The position numbers and the translations under genes are program-made. Source: Balneolaceae bacterium (GTDB lineage Bacteria; Bacteroidota; Rhodothermia; Balneolales; Balneolaceae). Taken from it: 37,687 bases of DNA. Positions 20,368-29,588 of the stretch are shown in pieces (positions within the stretch are counted from its first letter, which is position 1; the number at the start of each line of letters is the position of its first letter). The notes below the pieces were generated by a model, which made no database searches, had not been told where the DNA came from, and saw nothing but the letters and a program-made list of their open reading frames with translations. Location: contig JAWVYR010000001.1 of assembly GCA_033722635.1 (NCBI GenBank), forward strand, positions 1 through 37,687. Reading direction: 5' to 3'.

Positions 20368-21137
20368 GATCATTTTTAATAGCTGGCAACTGGAAGATGA
20401 ATAAAGGTCCATCGGAAACCCGATCCATGCTGGAGGCGCTGAAAAAGGAGGTTTCGGAGGTGCCGGAATCACTCGATCTGCTGGTATGTCCGCCTTTCGT
20501 ATCGTTGATTCCCGCTGCCGAAGTGCTGGGGCCGTTGGACAGGGCGTATCTGGGGGCCCAGGATCTTCACTATGAAGAGGAGGGAGCCTACACCGGTGAG
20601 ATAAGCGCCGATATGATCCGGGAGACCGGCTGCGATTTTGTGATTGTGGGTCATTCAGAAAGAAGGGAATATTTCGGGGAGACCGATGTGGTTGTCAATC
20701 AGAAGGTGAAGAAGGCCCTTGAAAAAGAGTTGAAACCGGTGATCTGCGTCGGAGAGTCGCTGGAACAGCGCAAGGCCGGGGAACACCGGCAACTGGTCCG
20801 TAAACAGGTGCAGGCTGCCCTGAATGATGTAAAGCCGGAGCATGCCGTACATGTTGTCATTGCCTATGAACCAATTTGGGCGATCGGGACCGGGGAAACC
20901 GCAACCCCGGAGCAGGCACAGCAGATGCAGGAGATGATCCGATCAGAATTCGAGGAGTTGTACGGCAGCGAGCTTGCCGAGGCGCTCAGAATCCTGTACG
21001 GCGGAAGCATGAAGCCCCACAACGCCGGGGAGCTGCTCAGTCAGCCCGATGTAGACGGTGGATTGATAGGGGGAGCCAGCCTGCAGGCGGAGAGTTTTGC
21101 CGAGATCATCCGTACTGCCGAAGATCTATCAAACTGA
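20364..21137 (+). CDS. tpiA: triose-phosphate isomerase
   Basis: 257 aa with motifs AGNWKMN, VGHSERR, AYEPIWAIGTG and GGASL. Confidence 0.95.
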   Translation: MRSFLIAGNWKMNKGPSETRSMLEALKKEVSEVPESLDLLVCPPFVSLIPAAEVLGPLDRAYLGAQDLHYEEEGAYTGEISADMIRETGCDFVIVGHSERREYFGETDVVVNQKVKKALEKELKPVICVGESLEQRKAGEHRQLVRKQVQAALNDVKPEHAVHVVIAYEPIWAIGTGETATPEQAQQMQEMIRSEFEELYGSELAEALRILYGGSMKPHNAGELLSQPDVDGGLIGGASLQAESFAEIIRTAEDLSN

Positions 21138-21168
21138 AAAAGGCAATCTAAGCTACCAACCTATTTAG

Positions 21169-22458
21169 ATGGATATGAATGTATTACTGCTGGGCAGTGG
21201 CGGGCGCGAGCATGCACTGGCCTGGAGCCTCAGCCGATCTAAACATCTCAGCAAGCTCTACATCGCACCCGGCAATCCGGGTACCGCCCAGGAGGGTACC
21301 AACGTGGATCTTTCCCCCTCCGATTTTGAGGCGGTGGTGAATTTCATCGAAGAGCATGATATCGGTTTGACTGTAGTGGGTCCCGAAAAGCCGCTGGTGG
21401 AAGGGATTGTCGACTTCCTGGATGACAAGGGCCACAAGGTGTTCGGACCATCCAAATCTGCAGCGAAGCTCGAGGGGAGCAAAAAATTTGCCAACGAGTT
21501 CATGAAAAAAAACCGGATTCCGACGGCCGACTTTGAGTCCTATACCCGGGACCGTTTTGATGAAGCGTTCGCACGGATAAAACAGGAAAATGAGTACCCG
21601 GTGGTACTGAAAGCCGACGGCCTGGCCGGTGGCAAGGGGGTTTTTGTGTGCGAAACGGAAGAGGATGTAAAGCACCGTTTTGAACAGCTGAAAGAGGGGA
21701 ATCGATTCGGTGGAGCGGCCGACACGGTGGTGGTTGAGGAGTTTCTGGAAGGGGAAGAGGCCTCGGTCTTCGTGATCTCCGATGGGGAGACTGCCAAGGT
21801 GTTGCACAACGCGCAGGACCATAAGCGAATCGGGGAAGGGGATACCGGATTGAATACAGGGGGAATGGGAGCCTACAGCCCCGCACCGATTATCAACCCG
21901 GAGATGCTGGCCCGGGTGGAGAAAGAGATCGTCCTGCCAACCATCACCGCCATGCAGCTGGATGGCAATCCCTACAAGGGAATCCTCTACTGCGGGTTGA
22001 TGATCACCGAGGAGGGTCCCAAAGTGGTAGAGTATAACTGCCGTTTCGGCGACCCGGAATGCCAGGCGATACTGCCATCGATCAAGAACGATATGCTGAA
22101 ACTGATGCTGGCCTCTTCCGAGGGGACACTGAACCAGCATATTGTTGAACTTGACGACCAGTACCGATGCTGCGTGGTGATCGCCTCTGAAGGTTACCCG
22201 AAAGAGTATGAGACCGGGAAAGAGATCTCCGGCATCGACCAGGTTTCATCCGACGCTTATGTATTTCACGCGGGTACCGCCCTGGCGGATGGCCGGCTGG
22301 TGACCGACGGCGGCCGGGTGCTCAATGTGGTGGATTCGGGGGATACCCTCCAGGATGCAATCCGGCATACCTACGAGGAGGTGAAAAAGATCTCCTTCGA
22401 GAACGCCTACTATCGCAGCGACATCGGGGTGAAGGGGCTGGCCCATCTGGAGGATTAG
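21169..22458 (+). CDS. purD: phosphoribosylamine--glycine ligase
   Basis: 429 aa with N-terminal NVLLLGSGGREHALAW, an ATP-grasp core, and FGDPE / GGRVL motifs. Confidence 0.95.
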   Translation: MDMNVLLLGSGGREHALAWSLSRSKHLSKLYIAPGNPGTAQEGTNVDLSPSDFEAVVNFIEEHDIGLTVVGPEKPLVEGIVDFLDDKGHKVFGPSKSAAKLEGSKKFANEFMKKNRIPTADFESYTRDRFDEAFARIKQENEYPVVLKADGLAGGKGVFVCETEEDVKHRFEQLKEGNRFGGAADTVVVEEFLEGEEASVFVISDGETAKVLHNAQDHKRIGEGDTGLNTGGMGAYSPAPIINPEMLARVEKEIVLPTITAMQLDGNPYKGILYCGLMITEEGPKVVEYNCRFGDPECQAILPSIKNDMLKLMLASSEGTLNQHIVELDDQYRCCVVIASEGYPKEYETGKEISGIDQVSSDAYVFHAGTALADGRLVTDGGRVLNVVDSGDTLQDAIRHTYEEVKKISFENAYYRSDIGVKGLAHLED

Positions 22459-22474
22459 AGCTTCCGCCGCTGTT

Positions 22475-23974
22475 TCAGGACCGCTTTAAAAACATTTTCA
22501 GCAGCTCTTCCCGGTTCAGTTTGCCGGTTTGGGTCTTTGGCAGGGAGTCGGCTTGCAGGATCTGCTTCGGCACCTTGTAAGCGGAGAGCCGTTCCTTCAG
22601 CTTTAGCTGCAGCTCTTCGGCCTCGATCGACTGTTCGGCTTTCACCGCCACCACCGCCACCACCTTCTGCCCCCATTCTTCATCGGGTATACCGAAAACC
22701 GCCGCTTCTGATACCGGTTCGATCTTTTCAAGCTCCGATTCAACCTCAAACGGCGATACATTCACTCCCCCGGTGACGATCATGTCTGATCTCCTGCTTT
22801 CGATAAACAGTTGATCGTGGGCATTCATATGTCCGTAATCACCGGTGTTGAACCATCCATCCTCATCAAAAGCCTGGCGGGTCATCTCACTATCGAGGTA
22901 TCCGTCGAATACCTGCGGTCCTTTCAACCAGATCGTTCCGGAATTGTTGGGTCCGAGTGGAGTGCCGTTCTCATCCCGGATTTGAATCTCATTGGGTGAA
23001 AAGATCTCGCCGACACTGTTCCGGGGGGCATAGGTGCCGCTCGGTTTCAACAGGGGATTGGCCGCGATCTGGGCACAGGTCTCGGTCATCCCGTAACTGG
23101 ATACCACCGGGATACCCCTGGATATCGCTTCCTGTATCAGGACGGAAGATACCGGCCCGCCCCCGAGAAGCAGGGCCAACAGATTTTTATGTACGGTAAA
23201 CGCCTTCTGCTCCATCAGCTTCTTCAGCATGGTGGGCACCAGCGATGCTACCTGTACGAGTGGGTTCTCCGATAAAAAGGTTGTAATCATCTCTTCATCA
23301 AAACTGCTCATACGATAGATGCCGGAACCGTACAGGAGTGAACGCAGTATCACCGCCACCCCCCCGATATGGTTCAGTGGGAGGCAGAGAAGCCAGAAAT
23401 GGTTTGTTAGGGGTCTGAAGTTATTGGCCGATGCTTCCGCGGCCAGTTCCATCTGCCGGCGTTTCAGGGGCACGATTTTGGGATCTCCCGTAGTGCCCGA
23501 AGTGAAGAAGTAGCCGAACACCTTCTCGGGCGTCACCACCGGGGTGAACTTTTGGGCTTTGGTACCCAACGTAAGATTCATCTCCAGCGCTTGATCCGGC
23601 TCCAGCAGATCGATCTCTATACAAAGCTCTTCAGGGATCGCTGAGCGGTGGTCCTCATCAGTGAAAATCACCGCGGGAGTAAATCCATCCAGTTGCCGGG
23701 CCAATTCATCCCGGGTGGCCTTGGGATTGAAGCAGACGAACCGCAGCCCCAGCAACCAGCACGATGCGATAGCCATTACCTGTTCGTCACGGGAGTTGCT
23801 GAGAAAACCGATCGGCCTGGATAGGTCGACCTCGTGGTCGATCAGCAGTTGCAGAAAGAATTCCTTGTACCGGTCCAGATCGGCATAGGTGCGCAACCCA
23901 TTCCTGGATGCCAGGAAAAGTCCGTTTTCATCCGGCGGATCGAAGTCCGGCATTTTTTGTGAAGATCTACCCAT
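22475..23974 (-). CDS. menE: 2-succinylbenzoate--CoA ligase (acyl-CoA synthetase family)
   Basis: 499 aa with adenylate-forming motifs FTSGTTGDPK, YGMTE, NTGDYG and PKTQTGKLNR. It is the last gene of the menA-menC-menE string. An alternative ATG lies at 23953. Confidence 0.8.
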   Translation of the reverse strand: MGRSSQKMPDFDPPDENGLFLASRNGLRTYADLDRYKEFFLQLLIDHEVDLSRPIGFLSNSRDEQVMAIASCWLLGLRFVCFNPKATRDELARQLDGFTPAVIFTDEDHRSAIPEELCIEIDLLEPDQALEMNLTLGTKAQKFTPVVTPEKVFGYFFTSGTTGDPKIVPLKRRQMELAAEASANNFRPLTNHFWLLCLPLNHIGGVAVILRSLLYGSGIYRMSSFDEEMITTFLSENPLVQVASLVPTMLKKLMEQKAFTVHKNLLALLLGGGPVSSVLIQEAISRGIPVVSSYGMTETCAQIAANPLLKPSGTYAPRNSVGEIFSPNEIQIRDENGTPLGPNNSGTIWLKGPQVFDGYLDSEMTRQAFDEDGWFNTGDYGHMNAHDQLFIESRRSDMIVTGGVNVSPFEVESELEKIEPVSEAAVFGIPDEEWGQKVVAVVAVKAEQSIEAEELQLKLKERLSAYKVPKQILQADSLPKTQTGKLNREELLKMFLKRS

Positions 23975-23980
23975 TGATAC

Positions 23981-25072
23981 CTATCGTTCAAGGACTTTCA
24001 GCTTCAGTTTTTCCGGGGAAAGTTCAAAAGTTCTGCCCAGTCCGGCACCCTCGGGCAGGTGAAAAAAACCGTTTTCAATATACGCATGATCACTCCAAAC
24101 GTCTATCTCCAGCAGGCTGCCGGTGTCAAGTCCATGCCCCTGATTCCCGGGACAAAGGCCGGCAGCCAGTGTTGCTGTCATCATTCGTCCGATTCCACTT
24201 TCCAGCGAGGTGGTGAAAACGGTCGTATAGTCATGAGTATCAGCCAGCCGTTTTGTTTCAATTATTTTCTGCAGATCTCCCAGTACCATCGGCTTGAAAA
24301 TCAACACCCCGGCAATATTCCTTTCCAGGAGATCGCCGGTCAAGGGAATATCACTCAGCGTTTCATCCAGGGCGATCGGAATCGGGCTATTTTGCACCAG
24401 TTTTTCAAGCACTTCCACCGAGGGATTACGGACCGGCTCCTCGCAGTATTCGATCGGATAGTCCGCTAAGATGGCCAGGTTTTTAACTGCCTCTTCCGCC
24501 GTCCAGGACCGGTTCGCATCCAGGCGAAAGTGGATATCGCTATGCAGGTTCGATGCCTGTTTGACAATATTCATTTCCCGGTCGAAATCTTTTCCCACTT
24601 TTATCTTTATGGTCTTAATTCCCCGATCAACCTGCCGGCGAATCGTTTCGAGTGTCTCCCTCTGGCTTCCCGCGGTGACCACCGAGTTGATCGGTATCTT
24701 GTTGCGGCAGCTGTCGAAGAGGTAGGGGCAGAGGGAGGTGCCGTTTTTTTTGGCCTGCAGATCATGATACAGGGTGTCAAGCGCAAACCGCACCGAGGGA
24801 GCGAGCTGATTCTGTTGCTTTAAGCGTTCCAGTTCTTCGTCACCCGGATCCGTCCGGAACAGCCCTTCCAGCCTATCCGCAATCTCCTTCAGCTGTTGCG
24901 ATACATCCTGCAGGGATTCCCCGGAAAATCCCGGCAGCGGCGCGGCCTCCCCGTATGCTTCCAGCGAATCTGTTTTCCAACGCAGGATAAATCCGTTGCG
25001 ATAGGTATAGGTTTGCCTGCCGGTCACAAAGGGCCGGGCTAGCGGAAATCGATATTGAAATATCTCCATCAT
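23981..25072 (-). CDS. menC: o-succinylbenzoate synthase (enolase superfamily)
   Basis: The ORF track start at 25114 is TTG and would overlap menA by 38 nt. The ATG at 25072 (MMEIFQYRF...) lies 4 nt after the menA stop. Enolase-superfamily motifs KIKVG, RLDANRSW, CEEP and ALDE. Flanked by menA and menE. Confidence 0.8.
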   Translation of the reverse strand: MMEIFQYRFPLARPFVTGRQTYTYRNGFILRWKTDSLEAYGEAAPLPGFSGESLQDVSQQLKEIADRLEGLFRTDPGDEELERLKQQNQLAPSVRFALDTLYHDLQAKKNGTSLCPYLFDSCRNKIPINSVVTAGSQRETLETIRRQVDRGIKTIKIKVGKDFDREMNIVKQASNLHSDIHFRLDANRSWTAEEAVKNLAILADYPIEYCEEPVRNPSVEVLEKLVQNSPIPIALDETLSDIPLTGDLLERNIAGVLIFKPMVLGDLQKIIETKRLADTHDYTTVFTTSLESGIGRMMTATLAAGLCPGNQGHGLDTGSLLEIDVWSDHAYIENGFFHLPEGAGLGRTFELSPEKLKLKVLER

Positions 25073-25076
25073 CCGG

Positions 25077-25964
25077 TCATCCGTAAAAAAGCCCCAGGCT
25101 GAACAACAATCCAAAGAGTACCATGAAAAAGGCGGTAAGTTTCAGGGTACGGTTGAGCTTGCTCTTTTCCTTTTCGGTCCAGATTACATAGACCAGGTAT
25201 CCGGCTACCGGTAAGGCGAACAGCGGCAGCAGTATGATCGGCCGGTAGGAGAGTTGAACGTAGAAATGCAGGGGAACGGCAAATGCCAGCACCATCATCA
25301 CCAGGTACTCCCAGCGCAATGCCTGCTCACCCAGTAGGACGCCCAGTGTATTCTTGCCGGCCGGCCGGTCCTGTTCGATATCCCGCAGATTGTTGACCAC
25401 CAGGATGTTGGTGGCCAGCGCGCCGATCGGTACGGAGGCCCAGAAAGAGGCGGCTGTCCACTCGAGGGTGTTGACGTAATAGGTACCCATGACGGCTACA
25501 ATCCCGAAAAAGATAAACACGAAGAGATCGCCCAGCCCGTTGTATCCGAGCGGGTAGGGCCCGCCGGTATAGAGAATCCCGAACAGCAGAGAGAGCAGAC
25601 CTATCAGCAGGATCACCCATCCGGCATGCCAGACCAGATACAACCCCAGTAAAAAAGCCAGACCCATGGTTAAAAAGGTGGCATTACGCATCTGAGCGGC
25701 ACTCAATTTGCCCGATGCGGTTGCACGTTCAAAACCGATGCGCTGCTCGTTGTCGGCTCCCTTGATGAAATCGAAATAGTCGTTTGCAAAGTTGGTACCG
25801 ATCTGAATGAGAAAGGCGCAAATCAGTGCCACGCTGCTCGCGACCGGATCGAATTGCTGGTTTTTCAGGGCCAGCGAGGCTCCGACCATGACCGGCGCAA
25901 AGGCTGCCGGCAGGGTTTGGGGACGGGCCGCTTTCACCCAGGTGATAAGTTTATCGGTATGCAA
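25077..25964 (-). CDS. menA: 1,4-dihydroxy-2-naphthoate polyprenyltransferase
   Basis: 295 aa with a TTG start, needed to include the conserved WVKAARPQTLPA. UbiA-family polytopic protein with the NDYFD motif and a second Asp-rich region (NNLRDIEQD). Confidence 0.88.
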   Translation of the reverse strand: MHTDKLITWVKAARPQTLPAAFAPVMVGASLALKNQQFDPVASSVALICAFLIQIGTNFANDYFDFIKGADNEQRIGFERATASGKLSAAQMRNATFLTMGLAFLLGLYLVWHAGWVILLIGLLSLLFGILYTGGPYPLGYNGLGDLFVFIFFGIVAVMGTYYVNTLEWTAASFWASVPIGALATNILVVNNLRDIEQDRPAGKNTLGVLLGEQALRWEYLVMMVLAFAVPLHFYVQLSYRPIILLPLFALPVAGYLVYVIWTEKEKSKLNRTLKLTAFFMVLFGLLFSLGLFYG

Positions 25965-26259
25965 CGATCAGGAGATTCATGAAATCGAATGTGGAAAAAT
26001 CGAGAGCATAAATTAGGGAAATTCTAAGCTGCTTAAAAAAACAAACTCAAAGGCTGTTTCGGTCAAAATAAATTAACTGATAGGCGGTATTTGTCGACTA
26101 ATGGCTTAGATATTAAAGTTGTAAAATAAATATGCCTATAATATTAAGATGTTAATAATTATTTGACTAATTTATTTGTGTTTATGATGCTCTTTACTAT
26201 ATATTTTACGCGTTGAAATTCATTGCAGACAAACGACTAACTAAATCCACACTATATCC

Positions 26260-28452
26260 ATGACTAAAGCATTCAGACGTTACGACACCCTTGCCGCTGC
26301 CCGAAACTGGACGCCGGCGACAAACGGCGACCGGAAAGTCGGTTCCATGAATATTACCGAAATATTCGGGGAAAATACCCTCCAACTGGATGATCTGAAG
26401 GAACGGCTTCCGAAGAACATTTGGGATGACCTGAAGAACACCATTTTTGAAGGCGAACAACTCAATCCTGATGTGGCCGATGCCGTGGCTGTAGCCATGC
26501 GTGACTGGGCCACGGAAAAAGGTGCCACCCATTTTACCCACTGGTTTCAGCCCCTGACCGGACTGACCGCCGAGAAGCACGACAGCTTCATCACCCCTAA
26601 CCAGGGCGGAGGAGCTATAGCGGAATTTTCCGGCAGCGATCTCATTCAGGGCGAGCCCGACGCCTCCAGCTTTCCCAGCGGTGGATTGAGGCAGACCTTT
26701 GAAGCTCGCGGGTATACCGCCTGGGATCCCACCTCGCCCGCTTTTATCATGGAGAATCAAAATGGATCCTATCTCTGCATTCCCACCGCTTTTGCTTCCT
26801 GGACCGGCGAGGCGCTGGATCACAAAACCCCATTGCTGCGCTCGGTGGAGGCGCTTGACAAGCAGGCCAAGCGCGCGCTGAAGCTGTTCAACACCCCGGC
26901 AAAACGGGTGACATCCACCGTCGGCTGCGAGCAGGAATATTTTCTGATCGACCAGGAGTTTTTCTATCGCCGGCCCGACCTGATGACCGCCGGCCGTACC
27001 CTGGTAGGGGCCAAACCGCCCAGGGGACAGGAGCTCGACGATCACTATTTCGGCACTATCCCCGAACGGATACTCTCCTTCATGCTGGATGCGGAAAAGG
27101 AGTTGTATAGACTGGGCATTCCGGTCAAAACCCGCCACAACGAGGTGGCTCCAAGCCAGTATGAGATCGCTCCGATTTTTGAAACCTGCAATGTAGCCGC
27201 TGACCACCAGCAGCTGATGATGATCACACTGAAGCGAGTCGCACGCAAGTATGGTTTGGAGTGCATGCTTCACGAGAAACCGTTCGACGGCGTGAACGGC
27301 AGCGGCAAGCACCTGAACTGGTCATTGAGCACCAGTGACGGCATGAACCTGCTGGATCCGGGTCACAATCCGCATGACAATATGCAGTTTCTCTTTTTCT
27401 TCGCTGCCGTATTAAAGGCAGTATATGATCATCAGGATCTGCTGCGCATCTCCATCGCGCACGCCGGGAACGACCATCGGCTGGGTGCCAACGAGGCGCC
27501 TCCGGCGATCATATCGGCCTATGTCGGCGAGCAACTCAAGGATATCGTGAATCAACTGCTCAGCGGCGGCATCAAGAAGGAGTCGAAAGACAGCGGATTG
27601 CTCGGGCTCGGTTCTCCTGTGCTGCCATCGCTGCCGAAGCATGCAGGCGACCGCAATCGTACCTCGCCTTTCGCCTTTACCGGCAACAAGTTTGAATTCC
27701 GGGCGGTGGGATCCAGCCAGTCGATCTCCTTTCCGATCGTTGTGCTCAACACCATCGTAGCCGAGGCACTGGATGAGCTTTGTACCGATATGGAAAAAGA
27801 GCTGGAGAAAAATGACTCGCTGGAAGATGCGCTGGCCGTGGTGCTCCACGATTCGCTGTCCGAAACCCATGACATCATCTTCAACGGCGACGGGTATTCG
27901 GAGGCGTGGAAAAAAGAGGCGGAGAAACGGGGATTACTCAACCTGAGGACCACCATGGATGCGCTTCCGCTTTTCTCCTCCGAGAAAAACATCGAGCTGT
28001 TCGAGAAGCATAAGGTGCTCAATGAGCGGGAGATCCATTCGCGCCTGGAGATCTGGGCCGAGCAGTATCTGACCACCATCAATATCGAGGCGGATACCAC
28101 CGAATCGATGGCAAAGACGATGATCTATCCGGCTGCTGTTCGCTACCTGAACGAGTTGGCGGAAAATGTCACCAAGATCGATGGGCTGGGCCTGGCCACT
28201 ACCGGGCCGTCGGCCATGCTCAACAAGATCAATGAAGGGCTGAACGACCTAAACAAGGCCCTGGAGGATCTGAGGGAAGCGGTGGTGAGCACTAGCAACG
28301 GCGAGGATGTGGTCGATAAAGCGACACTGGTGAAAGACCGTGTGATCCCGGCCATGAACGAGATACGGGATTCCGTTGATTACCTCGAGCGGCATGTAGC
28401 CGATGACTACTGGCCGCTGCCGATCTACCGCGAGATGCTCTTTATCAAATAA
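26260..28452 (+). CDS. glnN: glutamine synthetase, type III
   Basis: 730 aa. The length and motifs ([35 protein letters not shown], long C-terminal extension) match the Bacteroides/cyanobacterial GSIII class. Confidence 0.92.
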   Translation: MTKAFRRYDTLAAARNWTPATNGDRKVGSMNITEIFGENTLQLDDLKERLPKNIWDDLKNTIFEGEQLNPDVADAVAVAMRDWATEKGATHFTHWFQPLTGLTAEKHDSFITPNQGGGAIAEFSGSDLIQGEPDASSFPSGGLRQTFEARGYTAWDPTSPAFIMENQNGSYLCIPTAFASWTGEALDHKTPLLRSVEALDKQAKRALKLFNTPAKRVTSTVGCEQEYFLIDQEFFYRRPDLMTAGRTLVGAKPPRGQELDDHYFGTIPERILSFMLDAEKELYRLGIPVKTRHNEVAPSQYEIAPIFETCNVAADHQQLMMITLKRVARKYGLECMLHEKPFDGVNGSGKHLNWSLSTSDGMNLLDPGHNPHDNMQFLFFFAAVLKAVYDHQDLLRISIAHAGNDHRLGANEAPPAIISAYVGEQLKDIVNQLLSGGIKKESKDSGLLGLGSPVLPSLPKHAGDRNRTSPFAFTGNKFEFRAVGSSQSISFPIVVLNTIVAEALDELCTDMEKELEKNDSLEDALAVVLHDSLSETHDIIFNGDGYSEAWKKEAEKRGLLNLRTTMDALPLFSSEKNIELFEKHKVLNEREIHSRLEIWAEQYLTTINIEADTTESMAKTMIYPAAVRYLNELAENVTKIDGLGLATTGPSAMLNKINEGLNDLNKALEDLREAVVSTSNGEDVVDKATLVKDRVIPAMNEIRDSVDYLERHVADDYWPLPIYREMLFIK

Positions 28453-28467
28453 TCAAACCAACTCAAT

Positions 28468-28613
28468 CCACCCCGTCCGGCCACTAGTCCCCCTTTCGAA
28501 GGGGGTGCCCTGACAACAGTCAGGGCGGGGGATGTTACAGCGGCCGGGAGGGTATAAAAGTACAGAAAAACCTGTTAGGACCCGTTCAAGCGCAAATCCA
28601 GCGCCTGGACGGG
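28468..28613 (+). repeat. structured intergenic repeat, copy A (three hairpins)
   Basis: Hairpin 1 spans 28489-28505 (ccccctt-tcg-aaggggg). Hairpin 2 spans 28507-28526 (gccctgac-aaca-gtcagggc). Hairpin 3 spans 28581-28613 and has the loop aaatcca. The first 64 nt (28484-28547) differ from copy B at 3 positions. Confidence 0.8.
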
Positions 28614-28620
28614 TTTTTTT
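28581..28620 (+). terminator. rho-independent terminator candidate downstream of glnN (possibly bidirectional)
   Basis: 13-bp stem cccgttcaagcgc / gcgcctggacggg (one G-U, one mismatch) with a 7-nt loop, followed by T7 at 28614-28620. It lies between the convergent glnN and the 28640-29068 ORF. Confidence 0.6.
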
Positions 28621-28639
28621 ATTTATTGACCAACCGGCA

Positions 28640-29068
28640 TCAAAACCCGGTACCGCAGTTGCCTCCTCCCGAAAATCCGAAGGAGGATCCCCCGCTGTCG
28701 GTTTCCACAAAAGTGATTCCCGAATTCAACTGCTCAGCGTTTTCGGGATCCATTCCCGCCTCATCATCGAACTCGAGATCAAACAGGTAGACCTTCAGTT
28801 CATCGAGATTACCGGTCTGAATCTCAAGTCGGGTGAGGAATTGTGATTGGAATCGCTCCGAGGTCAGATGTGCAATCTGATTCATATTTGAGGCAGCCTC
28901 GGCATTCATATTCAGCTCGTTATTTTCTTCATATTCCGGCAGTTCGTGGTACGTCGGCACTTCTGCCACTTTGATTTCACCGGATTTCTTCTCGGCATCC
29001 TGGGCCAAAGCAGTGGAGGAGAACATGGCTAGGATTACCAGGGGAAGGAGCAGTTGGAGATATTTCAT
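28640..29068 (-). CDS. hypothetical secreted acidic protein with a Gly-rich C-terminal tail
   Basis: The ORF track start at 29122 is TTG. The ATG at 29068 gives MKYLQLLLPLVILAMFSSTALAQD (signal peptide). The mature part is very acidic and ends ...DSGGSSFGFSGGGNCGTGF. Bracketed by repeat copies A and B. No family recognised. Confidence 0.55.
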   Translation of the reverse strand: MKYLQLLLPLVILAMFSSTALAQDAEKKSGEIKVAEVPTYHELPEYEENNELNMNAEAASNMNQIAHLTSERFQSQFLTRLEIQTGNLDELKVYLFDLEFDDEAGMDPENAEQLNSGITFVETDSGGSSFGFSGGGNCGTGF

Positions 29069-29182
29069 GGCGGTGTCGGCTTGGTTAAAGATGGTTCTAC
29101 ACGAAAGATAGTTTAAGGTCAAAACAAATCTATCACATATTCATGTGATGAGATGGTTTATTCATTGCAATTCTTACTTTCT

Positions 29183-29320
29183 CCACCCGGGCGCTAGTCC
29201 CCCTTTTGAAGGGGGTGCCCTGACATCAGTCAGGGCGGGGGATGTTACAACGGCCGGCCGGGTAGAGACAAAGGCATCTACCTGTAACCGGGCCGACCGC
29301 AAATCCAGCGGGCGGACCGG
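29183..29320 (+). repeat. structured intergenic repeat, copy B (three hairpins)
   Basis: Hairpin 1 spans 29199-29215 and hairpin 2 spans 29217-29236. Hairpin 3 spans 29288-29320 with the same aaatcca loop but a different stem sequence (ccgggccgaccgc / gcgggcggaccgg). Same orientation as copy A. Confidence 0.8.
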
Positions 29321-29336
29321 ATTATAAGGAGAGAAA

Positions 29337-29588
29337 TTATGTGGAGATCCACGGAAACTTCTCCCAGTCCGGGTCCCGTTTTTCCAGGAAGGCGTCCCGC
29401 CCCTCCTCGGCCTCCTCGGTCATGTAGGCCAGCCGGGTCGCCTCGCCGGAGAAGATCTGCTGGCCCACCATCCCGTCGTCCACCAGGTTGAAGGCGTACT
29501 TGATCATCCGGATCGCCATCGGGCTTTTGCCCATGATCTCCCGGCCCCACCGGAAGGCGGTCTCCTCCAGTTCTTCAAGGGGAACCGA
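29337..29588 (-). pseudogene. menB: displaced 3' fragment of menB (last ~82 codons plus TAA stop)
   Basis: The translation ...EELEETAFRWGREIMGKSPMAIRMIKYAFNLVDDGMVGQQIFSGEATRLAYMTEEAEEGRDAFLEKRDPDWEKFPWIST matches the C-terminus of the full-length menB at 33102-33944 except for one residue (R for E). The upstream part of the 123-aa ORF (to the GTG at 29708) is unrelated to MenB. Confidence 0.85.

Noticed and set aside
25965-26259. A glutamine (glnA-type) riboswitch or other structured leader upstream of glnN.
   Set aside because: The region is AT-rich with no recognisable conserved riboswitch core or stable pairing that I could identify by eye. This would need an Rfam scan to exclude formally.
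28453-28710. An 85-aa minus-strand ORF over repeat copy A, and a 60-aa plus-strand ORF (29145-29327) over repeat copy B.
   Set aside because: Both are read-throughs of the palindromic structured repeat and give peptides such as PPFEGGALTSVRAGDV. Their orientation and frame differ between the two copies, so they are not conserved as coding sequence.
28468-29320. The structured repeats as integron attC sites bounding a gene cassette.
   Set aside because: The elements fold into three separate hairpins rather than one long imperfect palindrome. I find only a near-miss to the GTTRRRY core (GTTAGGA in copy A, not conserved in copy B). No intI gene or attI is in the window. The idea is kept only as an alternative to test within the repeat finding.
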